From Tubulanus polymorphus (lineage: Eukaryota; Animalia; Nemertea), in contig NC_134030.1 in the NCBI RefSeq assembly GCF_964204645.1, forward strand, positions 4,258,778 through 4,322,777: a DNA stretch of 64,000 bases, written 5' to 3'. The position numbers and the translations under genes are program-made. Each line of letters opens with the position of its first letter. Position 1 is the stretch's first letter. Positions 11,307 to 23,900 of the stretch are shown in pieces. The notes under the pieces are model-generated. The model had not been told where the DNA came from. It saw only the letters and a list, made by a program, of their open reading frames with translations, and made no database searches.

Positions 11307-13631
11307 CCTAAATTCCTTTAAAATGTGACACTTGCCATTACTAATCCTAAACCTAAAATGTATAGAGAAAGAATTCATGTGTATTTATATTTGAAAACAT
11401 TAGGCCACGTAGTCTGGTGAGTTTCTAGCTCGAAAATCATGGGGTTCGACGCATTCCCCAACACAGCGAGCTCAACGAGCAAAAAATCTGCACAACGCCC
11501 AAGCAAAGCTACATGTGTAATATGATTGGTTGACCCTGTGTCTAAAGTATACGTAGTATGATGAGAGTAATGAGAACGTGTCCTACTGATGAGATTCGGT
11601 ATATAATCCTCTCCGCTTCTAAAACACCACTTACGTAATGCCAACTAAGCTTAAAGCTTGGAACGATTACCAGTACCTGTACTGTCTAGACAGTGCGCAT
11701 TTAAACGCCGCAGGTACGGAACTGTACAAAGGCAGGTTTAAATACCATGTAGTTCGTATAGATCTAATACGTAGCGTGCATATCCGCAGCGCTATAGATA
11801 GATCATTAAACTACAGCGCAATGCACTATGTCACGTGTGCTTTTTTATTGCTTTTGTGACAATTTCAATGGATCTCAAAATAGGGACGCGTTCATGGTGT
11901 AGAGGTTCGTGGAGATGGTGCTGTGAACCAGTATTTATGTTGGCCTACGCAGCGGACCTGTGGATGTCGTTTTAATCGTGCTTAGTTCGTTGGACTCTAT
12001 CTTCGTGCGAGCGATAATTCATGATCATTATGACAAAGTTGTTGTCGCATAGTCGTTTCTGATATTGAAGACAACCGGGACAGGCAGGAAGGAGTGAACC
12101 ACCTCACAGTAACTTCCCGCTATAGATCATTCGGATTTAACACGTTACTTGATTTCCGATTTCAAAATCAAACCCCCTGTTTCGTTCCCGGCAGGTGTGG
12201 TTTGGTTTGTAAGGGACACAGCATCAAAAATAATCAATCTATCCAATTAAATAACAGGGTCAATCACTATGAAGTCGGATCGGCCAAAGTCGAATGTCGC
12301 TTATATCGGATGGATAGTGATGGTCCCGATTTTTCCCTCCCTTTTTCGAAGTATACATTTTAAAGTCGGGTTTCATCTCGTACCATTTTTCTTGGCCCCA
12401 AAATAAAAAATCAGTTAAGATCACTCAGTCGCAGGGCAATTTTCATCACATTGCAGTTTGATTTCTTCCCTTTCCGTCCCCTGTTCTCTGGTTTTAAATC
12501 GATGAAAAATGTCACGTCAACAGTCGTTATTTCAGATTCGGTAAGTGTATTAGACTAGAAAAATAAACCCGAAATATTTCAGTGTTTTAAAATCATTACT
12601 CGAAGATGTTGATTTAATTTTTCCGTTTACAGAAATTAATTCTCGAGTCTAATACGTATCCACTTCTCGCCGTCGAGCTCTTTCACTGAGAATGAAGATG
12701 AAATTACCAAAATATATTTTTGTATTTATAAAAAGACAACTTTATTTTCAAATAGTACATTTCCAGCCGGCGAACATCGATCAGCGACCGACCCCAATGG
12801 GGCACCCGCAAAAACTTATTATCCCGCCAGATGGCGTGACGAGCGATAGGTGGTTCGTTGTCTAAATAATGTCCGCGTCATTTTCAATGAACTTTGAACT
12901 GGGTTTTAGACTCCCCAATCCATATCATCACAGCACCCACCAAATATACAATACTTTCATCCTTCTACTCAGATATCGGATAGTCTTCTTGAATGATTGA
13001 TTCATTTAAAAGAAAAGATTTTTAATTGAAGAAATTGCACGCGGACGACCAACTATCTACTAGCTTAACCCGGCGCATCCTCGCCTGCCATACGTGGAAT
13101 CCTCGTTTTGCCACAGTAACACTACGGGTACCCAATTCTGACTCGGTGTATCGATACACAGGTTTACAAAAAAATACATGCACACAATATCTTATATAAT
13201 CGTGTCTTCATTATATGGTCACTTCAAATTATTACAATTTTCTTTTAAATGCGGAATAATGCATATACTAGTACACAACTGATCCGAGTTTCTAAAAGTT
13301 GGTGTCATCACAATAAGGCATTGAACATGTTGAAAAGGCTGTATAGGCCCTATACATGACTCCTGCATCCTATACGGTACCTGATCTACTACGGCGTGAG
13401 TCAGGAACACGATTAGGCGCGAAATCTGATTACTCGTTTTTTTCTGAATGAATAGTAATGAAAGAAGACAGAGGTATTTCATGAAGTGTACAAAACGCTA
13501 GATCGATTTTCATTTTCAATGAGCGTTTTTAAATAAGGAAAAGTGACCGAATAAAACGGGTGAAAGGAAATCGCCTTGTTTTAGGATCCATGCATGGATA
13601 GAATTCCGAAGTGCAGTCGTTTAAACAGTTA

Positions 13632-13794
13632 CAGTTGAACCTCGATAACACGATTCCGTTTAAGACGAAACCCGTTTATATCACGATGATTTGCAGCATG
13701 TCTCAGCTAAGATAACTTATAACAATCAAGATTTGGATAAAATACGAAACCCGTTTATTACGACAAATTTACTTCTGTCCACAAGGTTCAACAG
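13632..13794. mobile_element. Tc1/mariner-type MITE (CAGT ends, TA flanks)
   Basis: TA|CAGTTGAACCT...AGGTTCAACAG|TA; similar architecture at ~54730-54970 and 63434-63516 (TA|CAGTAAACC...GGTTTACTG|TA). Confidence 0.65.
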
Positions 13795-14830
13795 TATATA
13801 TCTACACATGGAAATTGAATCTGGTTCCTTTTGATTCCATAAAATATTTTTGTATCTGTTTCCTTATTAGTGGGTTACCAGATTTGAGACAAAGTAACAT
13901 TCTATATACATCAATATACCAGCTGCAAAAAGAGATCGAAATAGGAAATATCAGATATCCAATATCTAGATTTCATACATTGAATAATACCCTGTCTTCA
14001 TTCCTAGTATTGAATGTTATCGCTCAGGAAATAAAAAATAACACACACAATAGGCCTACTTGACTGGTGTAATTTCAGAATGGACGTGGAGACATCTGGT
14101 TAAAATTGCTTTTCAAATTCGGCTTCTCGTTACATTCAGTATACGTACACGGATTGTTGAGCAAATAAACATGTTCGTTTAAGACTGAACAAGGCTTTCG
14201 ACTCAACGAAAAATGGGAAAAGTCGTTTTGTCAAAATTGTTGTTACTATGAACAGCGAGATCGCGGTATGAGGAGCAGGGTCATTTAGGCGGTTGGGGGT
14301 CCTCCCCAAAACGGCAAAAAGAATGAATCATCCACTCTCAGTATCTGGACACATTTTTAAAACAAAATGACCTACAAAAAATGTTACCCACGCAAAAATA
14401 GGGAACGTTTGGGTCCCACCCCTCCAGTAAATCCGCCCCAGGCAATATCATCGACATTATCATTTCGGTCATGACGTAAATCATAGCATATATAAATAAA
14501 ATAAGATAAATATTTACTTATGTTCATACATTCTGACAGAATATCAATGCACTCATAAATTCAACGATAGTCGTGAGCAGATTTTCAGCTTATCATGTAA
14601 ATAATGGGACTTCCCAACACGATATCCTGGGGTTGTTTTTATGTTTTCGTTACATAAAAATGTGTACATGTACATTTATTAGATAAATCAGTTACACAAT
14701 CCCCGCACGAAACATCTGTTGATATAAATATATATGATAGGCCAATATACGTATATACCTGAGATTGCAAGTAGATATGTTTAAAAAATAGGCAAAACCA
14801 CAATCAAACACGCGATGATAAACGTCTGTA

Positions 14831-17800
14831 TCAAGAAGAGCGTTTCTGTAACAGTAGCTGTCGCAACGAATTCGCCTCCTCTCGGAGAGTTGCCACCTGA
14901 GCTCGTAAAATGGCGTTCTCTTTCTCCAAAAAGCTGGCGCGAATAGCGATTTCATCCTCACGCGCCTTTCGATGATCTCGAGATTTTTTTGCCGCTAGAT
15001 TATTGCGTAAGCGTCGCTCGTAGTAACGACCATCTTTTTCGTTATCGGGAATCGGTTTCTTCGAGCAGCGCGGACGCTTCTGACCAGACGAGATGGATCG
15101 GCCAATCGTCGCCGAACCGTAGCCACCTGCAATTAGAGATACATATATTATTTGATATGTAATCCCGCCAACAAGTACACCTGAAAATAGCATAATCTTC
15201 TGTTCTAACCACTCATAGACCACTCTACAGAGTTGCCCTTGACAATAAACTATGGATACATATCTAATATGAATTCATTTTCTAAAAATCCGGCATACTA
15301 AATGCGATGCGATGCACCATTTACGCGTGGGCGCATTAAACATCGATATAGAATGGTATAATGTTTAAACCAGTTGTAAACCATAGATTCGTCCGGTGTG
15401 CTGTATACAATAAAGGGCTGCTCTTTTTCCAGCAATGACGCAGGTTTGATAACTTTGACCTTAATAAACTAGAAAAACATTGCAACGCATAACATAACAG
15501 AAAATAGCGACCGCAAATTTAATAGCAGTCGATAAAACCGATTCTAACTAAATTACAACTTTCTGAAGATTTCTGAACGAGCGTGGTCTGTCCGTTCGAA
15601 TATTACAAAGACGGCGAGATATCGATGAAGAATATGGCTGCGGCGGCGGCGGCGGGCACACGCGACAGATGAAACGACAGACGTCAGAAAATAACGGTCA
15701 AACAATGAGAAAATACAACTAGTTACACGCGAGTAAATAATCAGTCAGCTTGACCAGTGGCTAGTCTCTTTGTTCGACGTGGTAACTGACCACTCGATGA
15801 CCAATTCGAAGCTATTCGGATAATAAATCTGGTTTACAATCTCTTCTGGCACTCGCTTAATCTTCCGCCATTTCTTTATTTGATCTCAAATTGTCCATCT
15901 GTGATGCTAAGCCGTCCATTCTTCCGTGACATGAGACGCTCGCCGTTCATTATCATACGTTTAACCGAAGTCGCCCGTTTATTAAACACTACTCGAGGCA
16001 TGCAGGGAGGTGCCGCCCTTGCATCCCGCTGTAGGGTATCGTTGTCTGTGTAAATAGGCCTATATAATCGTATACAATCAAATAACCGTGTTTCAAAAAT
16101 GATCGGTGTTTGTGTATGTTTAACGAATATTTCTATTTTGAAAGGAGTCAAATTAGCTGTAGGAAATAATGATCATTGAAGGGAACATTATTCCGCTCAA
16201 ATCAATTTTTTGACAACTTAGTCGGATATTTGAGTGGAAAATCCCTATATCGAGAATGGGCACCCTTTAAAATCATTCCTTCACCTTTATAGAAGTATTT
16301 TCCAGCTAAAGGTTAAAATGACACGTTATCTATATTATATACGTACTTGCATTTTTATCGCACGGTAAAACATGAAATAAATAGTTTCATCTGATTCAAC
16401 AAATATGTTTATTCTAGGGTAATCGGATCGCTGCCCATGACGTGTACAGTTTACGCAACTGTTCGGCTTCGATTTTTCTGCAACCAACAGAAGATTAAAC
16501 ACGTTGGTGAACGCTGGCAAACCAACAATTCTATTGAAAAACAGATGCTTCGCTATATGGGAATTTTCAACTCCGAGGAAAAAAGACTAATGGACATTGT
16601 TCATCTGGTCCGTAGAATTCGATAATTCCGAACTCGTATTTATTTAAAACGGTTGATACAGTTTTTGATGATAACTCGAGGCAATGCGGCATCAGCCACG
16701 CGTCTTTTCTCTTGATTCCAATCGAAGAAACTATTTAAAGACTCGGCAGCGAATGATTATGTTTTTCTGACATTGTTTCCATGAATATCAATGTTGAATG
16801 CGCATTGTTCATTTATCGGATTATAACATCGACCGCCGCTGCCCGCTGATGACCAGTCAGTCAGCAGCCCATAAAGAAAACAAAGAACAGAAGACTCACT
16901 TCAGACTGAACTTGCAAGCTGCGTTCGCTCACCACTATAGCAAGACTGTTCTACGAGCTGAGATGATTGCTCGTAGGGCTGTTCTAAACGGGTCCGTACC
17001 AGGAACGTGCCAAATCAGTGTCCGTTCACACACGCGCGTTAAGATACCTAGCAACGACTGGCACCACAAGATGTCGCCATGAGTATTTCACCCCAGAATT
17101 TATATCTAAACGATAGATTTATACGAGTCCCTGGCTGTTATTTATCTTTAAAATTTTGATGATCGCAGCTTATATCTGGACACATCAATTTGGTGAATTG
17201 CATGATATTTCCAAAGCAATAAGAGCAGATACTTCATGCGAGCGAAACACGTGCAATAAACAGATTTTAAATCAATAATAATTTAACACGTGCAAAGGGT
17301 CCGTTTCCAGAATTTGTAGAAGAGTATTTTAAAGAAATATTTTGAAGTATTCAGAAGTATTTTGCGTCGGTTCAAGTTGGCTCGGTCTAAAATGGAATGG
17401 TGCAATTTGGATCGGACGTTTTGCAAATTGGAACTGGCCAAATTTAGACTGGTCTAAATAACGTCGTGCGAACGCGCCGACAATTTCACGAGAAATTGAT
17501 AAACTACGTTTACACCCTATAATATTTACTCATACAAAAACAAATAACTATAAAGAATATCATATTCAATTCATTCAATCGTTAGAACGGCGTCACTTAA
17601 CATAATTCCACCAATTTACGATCGAATAAGAAAATGTTATTTTCTCCTTAATTTCCCCAAACAACCAACCATCAGTCGGCTTCACGCCTTAGTCAGTGAC
17701 ACGCTGTGCGTAAAAAAAGAGCTTCGAATTTTCAAAAGCCTGTTTTAAAAATGCTTTTTTATGTAACAGTTGAAATATAAGCATATATGTATATATATAT

Positions 17801-18567
17801 CATTATCTGGTGTTCTTTGGTCGAAGAGTTCAGAAGCCACAGGTGCAAAAAACAGTAAACATCTCATTTCAAACAAGTAAATAAATTTATTGCCGCTTAC
17901 TTTTTCGAGAGTAACATTTTCCCCTCTTTTTGCATAGTGCAAGTGATGACAACGTATGAATATCGGGTCAGGTCAAGTAATGAACTCCACTTGTTAATAA
18001 GCAATTCAAATAGTGTGCGATTAACTTTTACTCTTATTACATATTTGTCGCTCAATAATTTAATGTAGTTTGTTATTAGCATTATTCATATATTACATGA
18101 ATACTTAAATAATATCCTATTCAACGCTGGTATCATACATGAAATAACTCCCGAAAACATTTGCGGCAATGAATTCATTAATTCATTTCAAATTGAGATT
18201 GCTACTGTTTTTGCTTTTATGATTTTCAATTATCTGAACTGTTGATGAATACATATTTACCCCAGACGTTATAAACGGACGATCTAGATGAGTCTAGCAG
18301 TGGTAGAGTTGGAAACCGCGTCGGCGAAGAGGAAATAAGAGCCGGATCACAACCGGGAGGTACCATCAGCAGTGCCGGTGGTGTCAGCGAAGAATCGTCG
18401 CTGGATCGAGCCATTTGCTGAGATTGGTTTACCGATACGTTGACGGGAGCCGTACCGTTACAGTTGAAGAAAATGTTCCGCGTTCTGTCCAAAATTTCCA
18501 TTGCATTCGTCGTCGTCGGCAGACGAGAGATGTGACGGTTACCATCGAATCCCGCGCAGACGGCCAT
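14831..18567 (-). CDS. ces-2: CES-2/PAR-like bZIP transcription factor (~200 aa isoform; exons 18567-18261 and 15126-14831)
   Basis: bZIP KKPIPDNEKDGRYYERRLRNNLAAKKSRDHRKAREDEIAIRASFLEKENAILRAQVATLREE, typical of the PAR/CES-2/Giant group. The phase-1 donor (TGG G|GTAAAT at 18261) matches the phase-1 acceptor (GCAG|GTGGC at 15126). Exact orthology within the PAR family is less certain. Confidence 0.8.
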
Positions 18568-20670
18568 CGAAATTCTGAATTGTTTCTTATCCCGTACGAT
18601 GAAAATAACAGTGGCCGCGGTGAAACAACGATTACTAATGAATTAAAATAAACCGAAATATCCTAAGCCATGGCCGAATACAGTCCGATTGGTTCGCCTT
18701 TTCAGAGATATGGTGATAAGTCCGAACTTATTTTTCTAAGCTTCAATAATTCGGATCAGTGAAATTCCTGCAAGTGTACGCACACGCACGTGGATTTTAA
18801 GAGAAATGAATAATAACGTAATAAAGTTATTATAAATACTTGCGACAAGTCGTAATGTTATTGAAAAAAGAGCTAGCTGCTTATATCCAACACTATTGAT
18901 TCGCTGTGTACCAGCTGATCAATTCCAGTTGACAATAAAAACACGTGTCGCGCTTACTACTGACAATACAGGAATGGGATCGTATAGTGGTTGTGTTTTA
19001 TAAAAACAGAAGTAGATGGCGGTGCTCGTGTCGTGTGTCCGTCGTGCGCCTGTTCCCTCGTCGGATTTTGCTGCCGCTTCTGATTCCGCAGCTACTGTTG
19101 CCCCTTCCGATTCTGCGGCTACTGTTGCCCCTTCTGAGTTTCTGCTGCTTCTGACCGCTTTATCTACGACGATGCCCCACGATTAGCCATGCTTAACCAA
19201 TGTATAATCGATCAAAAACGTATATATTACCAGATGACAACCTCATAATCAACCGCGCGATTTTCATGAATCGAATTGCTTAAAAGAGTTTAAGTCGTTT
19301 GGACAAAAATAATAAAGCTATGCGAAATTAGAAAAAAAAAACTTTATAGTTAATCGTTCATCAGTTCATGTGGTGTACATGACATTTCTATTGAATCGAT
19401 TCTTATTGGCTGTTATAACAACTGGATACTAGACAATCGATATTCGCCTTGATAATTCGATTACTATTATGAATGGAATCGTTATCGGACACATACATGA
19501 TCCCTTTGTCCTCGGTATTTTCACGAACACCGTTCAGAAATAGAGAACGCATATTAGCCAGAAAGTTCGCTTTCATAATTCGTAGGCCTATAGGGTTTTA
19601 TATCGCATTTATCGTGAAGATTTATCCAATCCAACACACGTTGCTGCCGCACCTGCAGCGACGAATCACGCCGCACACGAATTAACGATGTCGTATGATA
19701 AAATGAAAATCGTAGTTTCAGTAGCGGTTGCAAGGCTGCATCCAGCTTTTGGAAAAAAGGTGTATTTTTACAGAAAAGATGTGCACTGTGAGTTGCGGGA
19801 GGTCTTGACTTCCTCCCATAAAATTATTGAAAAATTCTATACACCATGGTTGCGTTCTGGGATCATTTTACAACATAATACTCGTCCTCGTATTACCAGC
19901 AAATCAAATATAAAATCATCAATTGAAGGACTTGGCCGATATCTGGTTCATGGAGAACACTGGCATTGGGAAAACAATTTTAATAGTATTTCAGCGATCA
20001 CATTTTCCAATGTCGAATAACTCCATTGAAATAACAATTTTATGACTATTATTACGGTTTACACGGCTCTCCTACCATAATCAATCCAAAAGCTAAAAAC
20101 CATATGATTTAACCAGTCGATTATTTAGACTTAAGTTATAAGTTATACGAATGGATGGACCTTGAAGCCAAACTAGTCCTCGATTTTCTATCATTGTCAA
20201 ACTGATTTGACATCATCGATGACGGACGGTTTACCGAAACGTCAGGCCGAATAAGAATGGCTTCTACCAACAAAATACTGACCGGATTCCTCGCAATCGT
20301 CACCACTCGTTCTCGATTCCACCATCGATACCCGAGCTCTTGAGATCTGTTTTTCCGATAGTCTCTTCATCGCCACCGGCTTCGCTACTACCAGGTTAAA
20401 TTGTTCGTGAACAGTAGTACTATCGCAGGACACTCGTGGACTGCCTGAAACGATTCGAAAACAAACATTTCTCCAATCTTTTTTTCGCGAATACGGGACC
20501 ATTCAAAAAGAGTGATTAATCACGATACGTAAAAGTCGTCGACGCTTTTTGCCATGAAGTCAATTTCAACCAACTGATTTTAGACATAGAATAAGCTGTG
20601 GCTAGGCCTATGATTCAATCGAAATCTAACTAAAAAGTGTCTATCTATCGCTGTCTCTATCTATGTATAC

Positions 20671-20991
20671 CAGGTGGGGTTAACAGCGCGTTTCGCTCGT
20701 TCGTCTTCATCTCGATGAAGTTACCCTGTTCAATGGGCGGCTCCGCGCAGAATGATGATTGCAACATAGATAGTTCGCCGTGGTGGTAAGCCGCTGGATG
20801 GAGGACCCGTTGGTCCACATAGTTTAACTGGTCGCAACGCGCCGAGGAGACCGCGTGAGATGTGGGTGGTAGTCGTAAAGGTCCTCTATGCTGCTGACCG
20901 TCGCCTCCTGCGTCGAACGGCTGCGCGTGTTCATAGTATGAAGCGCTACTATCCGGTTGTAGCTGATGTTCCGGTTTAACCTGATGCCCAC
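20671..20991 (-). CDS. Alternative upstream coding exon of the bZIP gene (phase 1-1, 321 nt)
   Basis: TTTTTGCAG acceptor at 20992, open frame GHQVKPEHQ...NALLTPP, donor G|GTATAC at 20671; in frame with the bZIP exon. Upstream start exon not resolved. Confidence 0.6.
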
Positions 20992-23900
20992 CTGCAAAAA
21001 TCACGATAACAGTATATTAAGTGTGTTATTTGATAACACGATCAAATGGTCAAATATGTTTATAATTACATAAGCTGAGGTGTCACAAAACCCGAAGCCC
21101 GTGGGTCTTATGAACGGTAGGGGTGTCAGGTAAAGTGACAGCATCGCGGGAGCTAAGAAGCAATTCTAAGTAAAACAATCAAACGATATGACTCGTCGAT
21201 CAGGTTTGCGACACGCGGGCTTGAGTTTGGCAATCAAGTAGTGGCTGCCTCACTACACCGTAAGGTGCTGCCCCTTTGCTCATCGTTAGCGGAATTTTCC
21301 AACACTAACATAAATCGACCAGTGGCAATCAAGATGCACCTCAACGGTGTCACTCCCTCGTCATAAGCGGATTTTCGTCATTGGACTCGAAGGGCAGCGC
21401 GTTCATTAGCGATTCCCCTCATTTTTCACACAATAAAATGCACCATGGTGTTCCGCTAAAAAATGCGCTAATGCCGTGTATGGCAGTACCACCCCGCATT
21501 GCGATAGTTGCCAGGGCTGGTTTAATCGAAAAATCGGCCTACTTATAAGTATAATATCATATAGCGGCACCGCCTGGTTATATAGTTAGAATATTGGTCT
21601 TGCGCTATGAAAAGGGCCCGTACCATGGAAAAACTTAAAACAAGGGTTTTTATTGTCGAACCCAAACAAATTTAGAATTCCTATTCCTTTTAATTCCTTA
21701 AATGTATGTAAAATATATTTATCTTTTTATATTTCCAGAAATATCATCTCATTTTAACATATTTTAGTTAATATAATGAGAAAATAATGGAAAAAACAAT
21801 ACTGGTTGTCGTGCAAAAACTAATGGTTAGCGGCATTCCCGGCCCAGTCACCCCTGATGTGGAGCGGGTGCCTTTGGCTTTACACGCCTAGATACAACAT
21901 ACATATAATCGCTGTTTATTCGAAATATACGCGGATAAACGCGGAATCCGATTAAAAATGCAATTATCATTGCAAATGATTTAAAACATGTAGGCCAGAT
22001 TTAAGGAAGATACACGAGCTTAACGTGCTCATAACCATTTTCACATTAATATTTGACTTACATTTTTTAACCAACGAAAGGCAATGAATTATTAATTTTC
22101 AGTGGATATAGTAAATCAAAACCAGTCCATAGATCAACACAGTTCATTCAAGTAAACAACTACTAGGGGTAGCTGCAAATCTGTATAAATATATATATTC
22201 AATGGACAGCAGTGACATTACATTCGTATGAGAGCCGCGGCTCTAATCTTAACAATTGCTGCCTTTTTAACTCTTCGGCAGGACCCTTCAGTTGGAAAAA
22301 TCCTTCAATGTTTGGGGTCTCTCACTCTACACTCCTAGCAAAATGGCTGACCTACAAGTCGACGCAATTAGGTCATTCAGACTGGACATAGCGCCAATTT
22401 ACTCACCGAATCCGCCATTCCTTAACTTTTCGCGTAGTCCAAACGGCTGTAAGTGGATGCCGTTATTTTGTTGAGAATTCTGAAAATTGTAAAAGTCCGT
22501 ATCGGTCATGGCTTATACGCGAAAATGTATATTTCAGACATTTAGTCACATAGAGATAATACAATTTCCTCCGCTGACCACAAACACAACGGGTTATTCC
22601 AATGCGTTGCGTAGGGGTGACGCAATTAGCATTACGTAATTACAATTAGGTATTCGCTGTATGAGGTGGCGAATTCCCCCCTTAGTAGCGAACTCCAAAT
22701 AGACCCAATCTCTACGCTAAGACTTCTTTTATTATAGTCCGACTTTCTCTAAAAAGATATTTAGATCATTTCGTACTCGACGTAACTCAAATTTCTCCAC
22801 AAAAAGTAAGAAATTAATTGGACGTCAAATATCCCTAGCGATACCTTACGAACCTACATCTCGATTGCATCAAATATCTATAGAGAATCCCACAATGATA
22901 ACGAAAAAATATGAAGTCCGAAAATGTTTCCTTAGCTAGTATAGCTTATTCAATGTTTCGACTAAATTCTAGCATATATATATAGTCATCATCTTCTCTA
23001 CTGACTTACTGAACACTGAGTTACAACAGACATTATGAAATTTATGTATATACAATCCAGAACAAAGAGACAACCAAGTAATCATAAGTGAGTGGGAGTT
23101 CACTCCCACCTCCCCGGTGAAACAAACGAAGGGAAAATCAATTTCATCAAATATTTTACCTAGAATTTGTCAAGGCTTGCGCAGTATAACTTCAAGCGAA
23201 TAATAATTCCATTCAATTATAATCCCCGCCTCTTCACCATATTTTGATTTCAACCTATATATATTAACATTCGTGTATGGCAGTATACGCACATTTTGGT
23301 ACTAATGGCATATATAGTACAGTAGACCCTACTTTATAAATATGATCATTTCGAACCAATGACATCAATCATGTTTATCATGAAAAATCTGTTGAAGCAT
23401 CATATTTTACATGGAATTAGATTTGCACCATTAATTTCAAAGATCACCTAGTTCCGCCGCGCGAATAATGATAAATAAAACCAGGTTTCAGACTGATCCT
23501 TAGAATAATGCGGGATTTATCTGGAATACTGTACCCAGTTCCACAATTGTTCAGTTATTCTAATTTGACTTTTGTGCGCTGAAATTAACTTTATGTACTT
23601 CCAACTCTAGTTTCAACTGTAGTAACTGTGGAACTAGATCCAGTATCAAATACGATAATAAATCAATGATCCGATCGTATTATGTCGTCCCCAATCGCCT
23701 GCAGTGTGCTCAGACCGCATCGGCCTGCCTTCCGGAACATTGTGAAAAAGCCAGCCGAATGAAACAATGATAGCATAAAACGAAATCATATGATAGCATT
23801 GACATTTATTAAATTTACAATTTACATCCGAATATATTCGATATAAAGTATCTTAAGAGGCGATAATAAAAACAAGGCGTTCCTAATTTGAGAAACGAAT

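Noticed and set aside
12823-12836. CTCF-like motif CCGCCAGATGGCG between TMEM45B and the bZIP gene
   Set aside because: Single short motif match; unsupported without ChIP or conservation data.
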